Shown: positions 10,014-19,740 of the stretch, piece after piece
Layout: each line of letters starts with the position of its first letter
Position numbering within the stretch: the first letter of the stretch is position 1
Assembly: GCA_030528995.1 (NCBI GenBank)
Contig: JAUMXR010000002.1
Coordinates: 1-52,566 of the forward strand
Direction of reading: 5' to 3'
DNA length: 52,566 nt
Source of the DNA: Candidatus Saccharimonadota bacterium
GTDB lineage: Bacteria > Patescibacteriota > Saccharimonadia > Saccharimonadales > Saccharimonadaceae
Program-made: the position numbers and the translations under genes
The notes under the pieces: generated by a model
Told to the model about the DNA's origin: nothing
The model's input: the letters and a program-made list of their open reading frames with translations, nothing else
Databases searched by the model: none

Positions 10014-13000
10014 TGGACAAAAACACTCTCAAATCTTTCGCGATGGACGCTCGCAAAAAGCTCACCGAACGCATGAAAGTAATACTAGACAATCTTCATA
10101 TTGAAGAAGAATTACAATTCACCCAGCATGGCGACCTCTACGAAAACACCGAGCATAAGCTCCAAGCCATGTCCACCGCCGATTACGAGCGTTACCAGAA
10201 ACTAAAAGCCGTCGTTGCTCGTGACGGCATCAAATCCGTAATCGAAAAGTCCGCTTACACCTGGTTTAATCGCATCGTCGCCATTCACTATATGGAAGTT
10301 AATAATTTTCTACCCCTCGGTCACAACTTTGAATCATTAGATATCAAAGTTCTCTGTGACAAATCTGGCCACGATTTCCGCAATCCCGAGATCATGACCA
10401 TGTCCAAACTCCGTGAAACCGCTCTCGATATCGACTACGCAAAGCTTTCCATAATGAATGACCAAGAAAAGTATAAGACCATAATTCTAGCCATTGTCAA
10501 GCGTCTCGGCCAAGCCATCCCCGATGTCTTCGACGGTGACACCGAAAATATCGACGCCCTTATCCCAGACAACCTACTAGCCCCTAATGGCTTAAACGAT
10601 TGCATCTTACGGCTTGGCGAGGAGCAATTCAAACACACCGAAGTTATCGGTTGGCTCTACCAATACTACAACCAAGCCGAAAAAGACAGAGTAATGGATA
10701 AAAAAGCATTATCCAAAGAAGAAATACCGTTTGCCACGCAAATCTTCACTCCCGACTGGATAGTAAAATACCTTGTCGAAAACTCTCTCGGTCGTTACTG
10801 GCTTGATCGCCATCCGAATTCTACCTTAGAGCAAAAATGGGAATACCTCGTCAAGAAATCCGGACCTTCCGAAATTATTCATGACGGTCGCAAAATCGAA
10901 GACATCACTTTCATTGATCCCTGCTCCGGCTCTGGTCATATTTTGATTTATGCCTTTGAAGTCTTTTACCAAATCTACCTTTCCGAAGGTTACCCCAAAG
11001 CCGAGATCCCGCAACTTATTCTAAACAACAATCTCTACGGTCTCGATATTGATGACCGCGCCAACCAGCTTTCCATTCTTTCCTGTATGCTGGTCGCCCG
11101 TAAATACGATGACAAGATTTTCGCAAAACCCATCAAACAACACATTTTAAGTATCCATGAAAGCAACAAATTGAATCTCTCTACCTTCTCCCCCACCGGC
11201 GAAGCCAAAGATATCCTAGACTATATTATGTCCACCTTCCGCGATGCTAAAGAATACGGCTCCATCCTCAAAGTTCGCAACATGAATTACGACGTGCTTC
11301 GTGAAGCCGTGAAGAATGACTCTATCGCCACAACCTTCGGTCTCAACAAGGCCATCGAACCACTTATCGCTCAAGCCGAAGTCTTGAATAGAAAGTATAC
11401 CATCGCCACAACAAATCCGCCATACACGAATAAATACAATTCAGCAATAAGCTCCTTCATAAAGGAAAACTACCCAGATAGTAAGGCGAATATGTCCGCA
11501 ATCTTTATGGAAAAGTGTTTAAATACTCTCGAAAACGACGGGTATGTAGCCATGATTACACCTGATGCCTGGATGTATCAGAAAAGATACCAGCGCCTCA
11601 GAGAATCATATTTGCAAACTGGAGGAGTAAGTAGCATGATGCACGTTGGATATGGTGTGTTTGAGGGTATTGGGCAAAAAATTAAACCTACAGCCTTTGT
11701 GCTTTCAAAAAACACAAAAGCCATTGGGACATTCATAAAACTAGATGAAATCAAAATCCAAGAAAAAGAAAAAACATTCTTAGATGCTACCCAGGGGAAA
11801 CAAGATAATCTTGTTTTTAAATGTACATCTCAGACATTTATGTTGTTTTCTGAATCGGCAATGATTTACTGGGCATCAGAAGCAATAAAAAACGTACTAA
11901 AGAATTCTAAAACGCTAAATACTTACGTATTACCGATACATGGCCTAGTAACTGGTGACAATAACAGATTCCTGAGAGCCTGGTGGGAGCCAAGTTACGG
12001 TAAAACCTGTCTAAAACCGAAAACCGTTTCGGAAGCAAAGGAATCAGATGCAAAATGGTTCGCTTATAACAAAGGTGGTAGATACAGGAAATGGTACGGC
12101 AATAATGATTTTATTATTAATTGGAAAAACAACGGAGAAGAAATTAAGAAACTTGGAAAATTTACAAATTTGCCAACACGCCCATTTGAATCCGCAGTCG
12201 GATGGACCGGCATAGCAAGTGACGATATCTCATTTAGATATAAACCAGTTGGCTCAATCTCTGATGGCTCTGGCCCAAGTTTTTATGGAAAGGAAGAGGA
12301 TCTATCATATATCCAAGGCTTAGTTAATACAAACGTAATGTTGAAAATCGCAAAAATGATTTCTCCGGCTCTCGGTAATGAAATTGGACAAATAGGTACT
12401 TACCCTATTATTTATTCAAACAACCGTAAGAGTGATATTGTCAATATTACAGAAGAGTGCCGCACCATATCTAAAGACGATTGGAACGATTATGAAACCT
12501 CTTGGGAATTCGAAAACCATCCCCTCTTCAAGTATAAAACTGATAGTAATAAACTTTCCGATGCCTTTTCCGCTTACGAAAAGCATTGTAAAGAACGTTT
12601 CAATCAGCTAAAAGCCAACGAAGAAAAGCTCAACGAAATCGCTATCGACTTATACGGCTTACAGGACGAGCTTACGCCCGAAGTCCCCGACAAACGCATC
12701 ACCGTTCGCCCAGCCGACCATTCCCGCGAAGCCAAATCCTTCCTTTCCTACTTTATCGGTTGTGTTATGGGTCGCTATGCTACTGATAAAAAAGGCGTCC
12801 AATACGCCGGAGAAGGCACTGAACTCCCTAAGAACAATACTGTCGATAACGACGGCATCATCACCATTATGGATCGTGAGGCCATCGGCAAAGACGACGT
12901 CATGAATAAGCTCCGCAATTTCCTTACCGATAATTTCGGCTTTAACACCCTCTCCGCCAACCTAGACTGGCTCGCCGAAGGTCTCGGTCGCAAGAGCACT

Positions 13001-13534
13001 GAGAATAGTGAAGATGTCATACGCGCTCATTTCGTATATGACTTCGCTAATTACCATAATAATACATACACAATCGGCAACGCTGAAGGAAAACGTACAG
13101 TACCAATCTATTGGCAAATCTCCTCTGGTAAGCACAACGCCTTCAAAGCTCTCTTCTACATTCATCGCTACAACCCCGGTCTCATGGCCAAAGTTCGTGT
13201 CGATTATGTTAAACCCATCATGGATTACTACGATCATCGCCTTGAAGAAATCAAAACCGAGCTCCAATCCGCCAGCGGCATCAAATATAGTGAACTCTTA
13301 GACGAACAGTCCGACCTCACCGAGAAATCCAGAGAAATTCGAGAGTTCGACGATATCCTCCGCAATATCGCCAACAAGCGCATCGAACTCGACCTAGATG
13401 ACGGCGTCAAGCGAAATTACATCAAGTTGTCCTACGCTGCCATGGACGTCAAAAAAGGCGCCCACATCCTAGGCGATGTTTTAAAAGATAAACCTCTAAA
13501 AGACGCCATTAAGGCAGAATATGGAGATTTTTAA
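10013..13534 (+). CDS. pglX: BREX adenine DNA methyltransferase PglX (BrxX)
   Basis: AYTWFNRIVA, TQIFTPDWIVKYLVENSLG, DPCSGSGH, TNPPY and IELDLDDGVKRNY motifs. Confidence 0.95.
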   Translation: MDKNTLKSFAMDARKKLTERMKVILDNLHIEEELQFTQHGDLYENTEHKLQAMSTADYERYQKLKAVVARDGIKSVIEKSAYTWFNRIVAIHYMEVNNFLPLGHNFESLDIKVLCDKSGHDFRNPEIMTMSKLRETALDIDYAKLSIMNDQEKYKTIILAIVKRLGQAIPDVFDGDTENIDALIPDNLLAPNGLNDCILRLGEEQFKHTEVIGWLYQYYNQAEKDRVMDKKALSKEEIPFATQIFTPDWIVKYLVENSLGRYWLDRHPNSTLEQKWEYLVKKSGPSEIIHDGRKIEDITFIDPCSGSGHILIYAFEVFYQIYLSEGYPKAEIPQLILNNNLYGLDIDDRANQLSILSCMLVARKYDDKIFAKPIKQHILSIHESNKLNLSTFSPTGEAKDILDYIMSTFRDAKEYGSILKVRNMNYDVLREAVKNDSIATTFGLNKAIEPLIAQAEVLNRKYTIATTNPPYTNKYNSAISSFIKENYPDSKANMSAIFMEKCLNTLENDGYVAMITPDAWMYQKRYQRLRESYLQTGGVSSMMHVGYGVFEGIGQKIKPTAFVLSKNTKAIGTFIKLDEIKIQEKEKTFLDATQGKQDNLVFKCTSQTFMLFSESAMIYWASEAIKNVLKNSKTLNTYVLPIHGLVTGDNNRFLRAWWEPSYGKTCLKPKTVSEAKESDAKWFAYNKGGRYRKWYGNNDFIINWKNNGEEIKKLGKFTNLPTRPFESAVGWTGIASDDISFRYKPVGSISDGSGPSFYGKEEDLSYIQGLVNTNVMLKIAKMISPALGNEIGQIGTYPIIYSNNRKSDIVNITEECRTISKDDWNDYETSWEFENHPLFKYKTDSNKLSDAFSAYEKHCKERFNQLKANEEKLNEIAIDLYGLQDELTPEVPDKRITVRPADHSREAKSFLSYFIGCVMGRYATDKKGVQYAGEGTELPKNNTVDNDGIITIMDREAIGKDDVMNKLRNFLTDNFGFNTLSANLDWLAEGLGRKSTENSEDVIRAHFVYDFANYHNNTYTIGNAEGKRTVPIYWQISSGKHNAFKALFYIHRYNPGLMAKVRVDYVKPIMDYYDHRLEEIKTELQSASGIKYSELLDEQSDLTEKSREIREFDDILRNIANKRIELDLDDGVKRNYIKLSYAAMDVKKGAHILGDVLKDKPLKDAIKAEYGDF

Positions 13535-16041
13535 TGCAAAGCGATAACATTAACGACGAAATCCTCAAATATTTAAACGACCAGCTCGCGAAGCCTCTTC
13601 GTCCTGGCGAACCCCGCCACATCCTCATTTGGTACGACGAAGACGGTCAAAACGCTGAGTATCTAAGCGACCTCGCTTCCGATAATCTAGAAGTTATCGT
13701 CTATGACGACAACCCCATGTTTATCGAAAACCACATCGCAAACCTTGCCCCCGGCGTTAATGTCCTAGTTTACAGCGACAAAACGCACGACAATCGCGAG
13801 ACTAATCCACTCATCGCCCTAGAGATGCGAAACCCCAGCGGCGTCTTCATTCCAGATGAAATCAACCTAGATATCAATACTCTCGGGCTCGCCCAGCATC
13901 ATCGTTCCGTCGTCGAGCGCAACAAGCGCTTCTTTAAAAACAAAGCCCGCATCGATAAAATCAAAACTTACCTCCCAGATAATCCTACGAGCGACGAATT
14001 AAGTTACGCCTTCCTCGCCACCAATTTCGATGCCGACTCAATTCGCAAAGACCGCCTCCTTGTCGCCGTTTTCCGTAGCTTCATGCAAAACCCCACTGAA
14101 TTCGTCAAGAATCTCAAATTCATCGATGAAGAATACCTAGCCGGATTACTAATCGACGAATTTGGTGACAAAAGTATTACATTTGAAAATTTCAATACCA
14201 CTTTTGAGCGTATCATTATTTCCTATTTCTTCTCCAATCTCGATGGCGTAAACACCATCCCACGTTTACGTGAATTAATCCTGCCTAAAGAATTCTTCGC
14301 TAATATCAATATGCTAGTACACGATTTACTAAGCGATAGTAGTACCGCCAGTCTTTACCAAGAATACGCCGAACGCATCGCTACGAAATACAACATTGCC
14401 GAAATCCTCGAGCAACTAGAGCTAGAATCCTACATCAATGCCGACACTTTCGAAGTAATTGATATTGCCATCATTAAGAAATTACTCGCTAAGCTAGATC
14501 AAAACGAGCCCATCACCGAAGAACTCCACACTCGCCGCACCAAGAATTTCTGCGAAAAGTATCACCCCGATTACAAGATGCTAAACTACGCCGACAAGTT
14601 CTTTGGCTCCGTCAAGCAAAACCTGCTCAGTATCGTCGAGAGTAACCGCGACCGTCTGGTCAAACTCTACACTGATAAACTCTACGAAATAGATACCTTC
14701 TATCGTAAGTTTAATCAAGCCTACCAAGAATCCACCAAAAGCGACGATTATCTCGGTTTAATCGAACATATCGAAAACACTTATGTTATGGAATACTGTG
14801 ATCGTCTCGCCGAAAAATGGTGTAATTCTATTTCCGGTATCGAATGGGATTCGGGCGACACTAAGCTTCAGCAGAATTTCTATGACGATAACCTCCGACC
14901 TCTAGATGCCAAAAAAGACCGCGTCTTCGTCATCATCTCCGATGCTATGCGCTACGAAGTCGCTTCCGAACTTGCCACCAAACTCCGCAAGTCCGGCGCC
15001 GACATTTCACTAGACTCAATGATTGGCGTAATTCCCTCTTATACACAGCTCGGCATGGCGGCACTTTTACCACACGGCAAACTCACAATCAACGATGACA
15101 GCACCGTCTCATCCGACGATAATTCTACCGCCGGCACCGATAATCGTAATAAGATATTGGTTACTGCCAACGAGAACAATCTCGCCGTCACCTACGATGA
15201 TTTGCCCAAGCGCAAATCCGACTGGAAGACGCTTTTCTCCGGCAAGAAATATGTCTACATCTACCACGACGTCATCGATAAAGTTGGCGAAAGCGACGAC
15301 AAAATGGTTTTTGATGCCTGCGTACGTGCTATCAAAGAGTTAGAGCAACTAGTCCTTGAGCTCCACACTACTTTCAGTGGCGTCAATGTTATTCTAACTT
15401 CCGACCATGGTTTCTTCTATCGCAACGTCGATCTCGACAAAATCGACGAAGGTACCGACGCCAAGAAGATTAAGGACCGCTATTCCCTCTCAACCACACC
15501 AGGTGATCCTGCCGACAATCTCAGCTTCAAGATGAGTTATTTAAACCCCAACGACACTCGCTATATTAACATCCCTCGTGGTAGTATGGCCTACAAAAAA
15601 CGTGGTGGCACCAGTAATTACATCCACGGTGGCGCCATGCCTCAGGAAATCATCATCCCGAAGTTATCCTTCAAATCCTCCCGCCAAACCACCACTCTTC
15701 CACAAGTCAAGATTCTCTACAATGGCATCAGCACTAAGATTACTAATGCCATTACCTTCCTCAACTTCATCCAAGACAATCCCGTTTCCGAAGAAAAGAT
15801 TTCTGCTACCTACAAAGTTTACTTCGAAGACGCTGACGGCAACCGCATCAGTGACGAAGTCACCATTATCGCCGACTCTTCCGACCCAGATCCCGCCAAG
15901 CGTGAATTCAAAGAAAAATTTGTTTTCTCCCAGAATCGCACCTACGATAAAAACGCCAATTATTTCCTCGTAATCACCGACGGTGCTGGTTATGAAGAAC
16001 GTATCAACTTTAAGATCGACATCATCATGTCACTATTATAG
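13534..16041 (+). CDS. pglZ: BREX phosphatase/nuclease PglZ (BrxZ)
   Basis: VIISDAMRYE, PSYTQLGMAALLP, TSDHGF and YIHGGAMPQEIIIP motifs. Confidence 0.95.
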   Translation: MQSDNINDEILKYLNDQLAKPLRPGEPRHILIWYDEDGQNAEYLSDLASDNLEVIVYDDNPMFIENHIANLAPGVNVLVYSDKTHDNRETNPLIALEMRNPSGVFIPDEINLDINTLGLAQHHRSVVERNKRFFKNKARIDKIKTYLPDNPTSDELSYAFLATNFDADSIRKDRLLVAVFRSFMQNPTEFVKNLKFIDEEYLAGLLIDEFGDKSITFENFNTTFERIIISYFFSNLDGVNTIPRLRELILPKEFFANINMLVHDLLSDSSTASLYQEYAERIATKYNIAEILEQLELESYINADTFEVIDIAIIKKLLAKLDQNEPITEELHTRRTKNFCEKYHPDYKMLNYADKFFGSVKQNLLSIVESNRDRLVKLYTDKLYEIDTFYRKFNQAYQESTKSDDYLGLIEHIENTYVMEYCDRLAEKWCNSISGIEWDSGDTKLQQNFYDDNLRPLDAKKDRVFVIISDAMRYEVASELATKLRKSGADISLDSMIGVIPSYTQLGMAALLPHGKLTINDDSTVSSDDNSTAGTDNRNKILVTANENNLAVTYDDLPKRKSDWKTLFSGKKYVYIYHDVIDKVGESDDKMVFDACVRAIKELEQLVLELHTTFSGVNVILTSDHGFFYRNVDLDKIDEGTDAKKIKDRYSLSTTPGDPADNLSFKMSYLNPNDTRYINIPRGSMAYKKRGGTSNYIHGGAMPQEIIIPKLSFKSSRQTTTLPQVKILYNGISTKITNAITFLNFIQDNPVSEEKISATYKVYFEDADGNRISDEVTIIADSSDPDPAKREFKEKFVFSQNRTYDKNANYFLVITDGAGYEERINFKIDIIMSLL

Positions 16042-16053
16042 AAAGGAGCCAAT

Positions 16054-17526
16054 ATGGACAAAGTCATGATTAGTAACAAACTAAACCAAGTCTTCCCTGG
16101 CAAAGTCGTCCGGAAAGACTTGACCAAAAAAATCAAAGAAGGTGCCAATGTCCCAGTATATGTCTTGGAATATCTTCTCGGCATGTTTTGCGCCACCAAT
16201 GACGAATCCGCTATAGAAGACGGCGTCGTTATGGTAAAGAAAATTCTCGCCGACAATTTCGTCCGTCCCGACGAAGCCGAAAAAGTTAAAAGCCTTATTC
16301 GCGAGCGCACCCAATATACCGTAATCGACAAAATCACCGTTCGACTTAACGAACGCGAGGATCGTTACGAAGCAGAATTCTCCAACCTCGGCATCAAGCG
16401 TGCTTATATCTCCCCAGAAATCGTTAAACAATTTGAAAAACTTCTCGTTGGTGGTATTTGGTGTATTTCTAGAGTCAGTTATTATCATGGTGACAATGAT
16501 GACGATACTCCGTCTTTACCTTTCGTAGTTAGCGAAGTCAAACCAATCCAACTCCCCAGCATGGATTTTGAAGAACTCGTGAATGGTCGCAAATCGTTTA
16601 CGAAAGATGAATGGATTGATATTTTAATTCGCTCTATGGGCATGGAGCCAAGTCATTTGGAATACCGCCAAAAATGGCACATGCTAGAACGTGCCGTTCC
16701 GCTCGTCGAGAATAACTACAATATGTGCGAATTAGGACCTCGTGGCACTGGTAAATCACATATCTACAAAGAAATCTCGCCCAACTCTATTCTTGTATCT
16801 GGCGGTCAAACCACCGTTGCCAATCTTTTCTACAATATGGCTTCTCGCACCGTTGGTTTAGTCGGACTTTGGGATTGTGTTGCTTTTGATGAGGTTGCTG
16901 GCATTACTTTCAAGGATAAAGACGGTGTTCAAATCATGAAAGATTATATGGCCTCCGGCTCCTTCGCTCGCGGAAAAGAAGAAAAAAGTGCCAAGGCTTC
17001 TATGGTATTCGTTGGCAACATCAACCAATCGGTTCAGGATATTTTGGCTGCTAATTCACATCTATTTGCTCCATTCCCATCCGCCATGCGTGATGACTCA
17101 GCTTTCTTCGACCGCATGCATTATTATTTACCAGGCTGGGAAGTTCCCAAGATGCGTCCAGAGCTAATTACTGATGATTATGGGTTTATCACCGATTATC
17201 TATCAGAATTCTTCCGCGAGCTCAGGAAACGAAATTTCTCAGATGCGTTTGATCAGTATTTCAAACTCGGCCACGACCTAAACCAACGCGACGTCATCGC
17301 CGTCCGCAAAACCGTTTCTGGCTTAGTAAAACTATTGTACCCAGGTGGAGATTACACCAAAGAAGATATTGCTGAAATTCTTGAGTATGCTCTCGAAGGT
17401 CGCCGTCGCGTCAAAGAACAACTCTTCCGTATCGAAGGCGCCGAATTCGCCGACCGCAATTTCACCTACATCGACAAAGAATCGAACGAAGAAATCCCAG
17501 TTGCCATCCCAGAATTATCCAACTAA
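16054..17526 (+). CDS. brxL: BrxL AAA+ protein lacking the C-terminal Lon-like domain
   Basis: VPVYVLEYLLG, ELGPRGTGKSH, FDEVAG and LEGRRRVKEQL motifs. Only 490 aa. AGAAAGGAG SD. Confidence 0.9.
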   Translation: MDKVMISNKLNQVFPGKVVRKDLTKKIKEGANVPVYVLEYLLGMFCATNDESAIEDGVVMVKKILADNFVRPDEAEKVKSLIRERTQYTVIDKITVRLNEREDRYEAEFSNLGIKRAYISPEIVKQFEKLLVGGIWCISRVSYYHGDNDDDTPSLPFVVSEVKPIQLPSMDFEELVNGRKSFTKDEWIDILIRSMGMEPSHLEYRQKWHMLERAVPLVENNYNMCELGPRGTGKSHIYKEISPNSILVSGGQTTVANLFYNMASRTVGLVGLWDCVAFDEVAGITFKDKDGVQIMKDYMASGSFARGKEEKSAKASMVFVGNINQSVQDILAANSHLFAPFPSAMRDDSAFFDRMHYYLPGWEVPKMRPELITDDYGFITDYLSEFFRELRKRNFSDAFDQYFKLGHDLNQRDVIAVRKTVSGLVKLLYPGGDYTKEDIAEILEYALEGRRRVKEQLFRIEGAEFADRNFTYIDKESNEEIPVAIPELSN

Positions 17527-17542
17527 CAACTCATTAAAACTT

Positions 17543-17586
17543 TATAAAAACTATCAAGTATTACGAAGAACGTGATAGTTTTTATA
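17543..17586. repeat. 14-bp perfect inverted repeat between brxL and fic
   Basis: TATAAAAACTATCA-16 nt-TGATAGTTTTTATA. Confidence 0.8.
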
Positions 17587-18694
17587 TGTTTAATATCACG
17601 TCTGTATATTTTTTGTTTACATATAAATATCGATTTCTCTTTGGTTGCCTCTTCTTATCTAGAATATGTTCAGTTTCTAGTGCTGCCAAATATTTTCTTG
17701 CAGTCACTTGGCTAACTCCAATTTCTTTTTCAAAATCTTTTTCCGTAAAATATGCTCTTGAGAACAAGAAATCCACCAATTCTGAAGAATAAATGCCTGG
17801 ATACTTTTCTTTAATCAAAGCTTTTGTTTTGCTCAAATTATTTTGAATTTTCTGCAAAACATTTGTAGTGTAATCCGCTTGTTTTTCAGTTGCTTCAACA
17901 ATGAATAGAATCCAACTCTTCCAATCTCCGTTATTAGTAACTCCCCTAATTAACTCATAATACTTATCCCTGTTATTTAATATATATTGGCTTATAAACA
18001 AAACCGGAACCGGCAATTCATTCTGCACCATCAAGTATAGCGGCATCAGAATCCTACCGGTTCTACCATTTCCATCCCCAAATGGATGTATCGCTTCAAA
18101 TTGATAATGCAAAATAGCCATCCTAGCATACACTTCATGTGTAGGTGCTTTATCGTTATAATACCTCTCATAGTTTGACAACAAATCCCTAATTTTCTTC
18201 TCTCCAACCGGTGGAGTATAATACACTTTTTTTGTCACTGGATTTTTTAGTGTAGTCCCGGGATAATTCCTGATTCCATTCTGAGTAGGTTCTAACGTTT
18301 TTTGCAATTTAATATAATCATTAGTAGCCAAAAAACCGCGATTATTAACAATATGCGCACCCTGCTCCAAGGCGTCAGTATAACGCAAAGTCTCTTTTTC
18401 AACAGGCTCTAAATTTCTTATCTTTTCTATTTTGGCAATGTAAATGTCATCATTTGTCGTTATAATGTTTTCGACTCCAGAACTAGCAACAGCCTCAGGG
18501 ACAAACAAAGGAGAAAAAAGATCAATTGCGTTAGCGATAGTACGTTTACTAAGAGTTAACCTAGTTCTAAGTTGAGACACGGAACGGCTAGCCTTCATTG
18601 ACGCAATCAATATATCAGGGTCTCTAAAATCAACGCCTGGAGGCAATGTTGCCAAGCTATTGTTTGGTAGTTCTGGATTAAACACTTTATTCAT
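17582..18694 (-). CDS. Fic family protein with C-terminal HTH
   Basis: Canonical HPFGDGNGRTGR motif, SSGVENI segment, C-terminal GVSQVTARKYLAAL HTH. Start moved from 18712 to ATG 18694. Confidence 0.92.
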   Translation of the reverse strand: MNKVFNPELPNNSLATLPPGVDFRDPDILIASMKASRSVSQLRTRLTLSKRTIANAIDLFSPLFVPEAVASSGVENIITTNDDIYIAKIEKIRNLEPVEKETLRYTDALEQGAHIVNNRGFLATNDYIKLQKTLEPTQNGIRNYPGTTLKNPVTKKVYYTPPVGEKKIRDLLSNYERYYNDKAPTHEVYARMAILHYQFEAIHPFGDGNGRTGRILMPLYLMVQNELPVPVLFISQYILNNRDKYYELIRGVTNNGDWKSWILFIVEATEKQADYTTNVLQKIQNNLSKTKALIKEKYPGIYSSELVDFLFSRAYFTEKDFEKEIGVSQVTARKYLAALETEHILDKKRQPKRNRYLYVNKKYTDVILNI

Positions 18695-18747
18695 ACTTGA
18701 TAATTTTATCAAAAAACTATCAAGTTGTCAACAAGTACTTGATAGTT
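18695..18747 (-). promoter_or_regulatory. fic promoter overlapped by palindromic operator-like sites
   Basis: TTGACA(18731-18726)-17 nt-TAAAAT(18708-18703). AACTATCAAGT...ACTTGATAGTT spans the -35, and a third TATCAAGT half-site sits just before the ATG. Confidence 0.7.
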
Positions 18748-18780
18748 CTTTATTCATACTCAAGCTGAGCATAATAATCG

Positions 18781-18920
18781 AGTCACTCCCAAACCGAAAC
18801 CCATTCCATAGTAAACCTCTATTTTCACCCAGTGCCAATTCCATCTTGTCACCATTCGGCAATTCCTTACTCCATAATTCACGGTTGTACCGCTACGGAA
18901 TAACACTCACCGAGTCCGGG
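18781..18920 (-). pseudogene. degenerate partial copy of the DUF6994-like gene
   Basis: Ungapped match to 20241-20380 (107/140 nt by hand count), with CAG>TAG at 18893-18895. Confidence 0.8.
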
Positions 18921-18954
18921 CCAAAATAACTATTATAATAATCAAACATACGCC

Positions 18955-19617
18955 CTAATACAGTTCTTGCAAAAACTTGGGAGTTATTCTATACGAACCA
19001 TTATCATCAACAAATACCAGATACCCATCATCTCTCAAAGCTTGTAAACTACGTCTTATAGAGCTCCTAATAGTGTGGTTTTCTGGAAATTTCTTAGCCA
19101 AATCTGATTCAAATCTATACATATCTTCCAGAGTAAATCTAATCATGTTGTTGAGTTTTATGTATTCCTTAAGCGCATCATACCAATTGATTGTCTTAAT
19201 CTGGTTTCCCCTAAAAAACATATTTGCGGCCTCCTCCGTTCCATTCTTCATTACTTCATAGTATCTTATCCCCTCATATTCATCGACTAAACATAAATCA
19301 TGACGCCACATTTCTGGATTATCTCCAAACCAAATTTTACATAAATTTTGAATATTAAAAAATGGTTTACCAGTAGAAGCGGCAGATGATTTAATCGCAC
19401 GGATATCTTCCGCCACCTCTTTTGCAGAAATAATTTTTCTACCATCATCTAGTATTGCTGCCTCTATTAAATAGTATTTATCATTATCGGCGGCTACGCC
19501 AAACAAGCGTCCGTTTTTTGTAATTCTTGCACCGGTATTAGTTTCCTCTGATCTCGACTGAGTACTTTTCACGTTCAGAGGATTAGCGTTCATAAATTGC
19601 ATTGATAATTCTCCCAT
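18955..19617 (-). CDS. protein with C-terminal DpnI-like winged-helix (Dam-replacing HTH) domain
   Basis: FTLEDMYRFESDLAKKFPENHTIRSSIRRSLQALRDDGYLVFVDDNGSYR matches the DpnI C-terminal wH pattern. N-terminal ~150 aa not recognised. Confidence 0.75.
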   Translation of the reverse strand: MGELSMQFMNANPLNVKSTQSRSEETNTGARITKNGRLFGVAADNDKYYLIEAAILDDGRKIISAKEVAEDIRAIKSSAASTGKPFFNIQNLCKIWFGDNPEMWRHDLCLVDEYEGIRYYEVMKNGTEEAANMFFRGNQIKTINWYDALKEYIKLNNMIRFTLEDMYRFESDLAKKFPENHTIRSSIRRSLQALRDDGYLVFVDDNGSYRITPKFLQELY

Positions 19618-19647
19618 CCATACTCCTTTCTTTCTATTAATGCTAAA

Positions 19648-19709
19648 ATTATACCAAACATTAAATACAATGTCAATACATAAAATACATAGAGTACATA
19701 TAATACATA
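19648..19709 (-). promoter_or_regulatory. consensus promoter with four upstream 9-bp-period repeats
   Basis: TTGACA(19676-19671)-17 nt-TATAAT(19653-19648). TACATA at 19677, 19686, 19695 and 19704. Confidence 0.7.
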
Positions 19710-19740
19710 TATCCTAGTCTACTTCATCTTCTCTGGTTTA

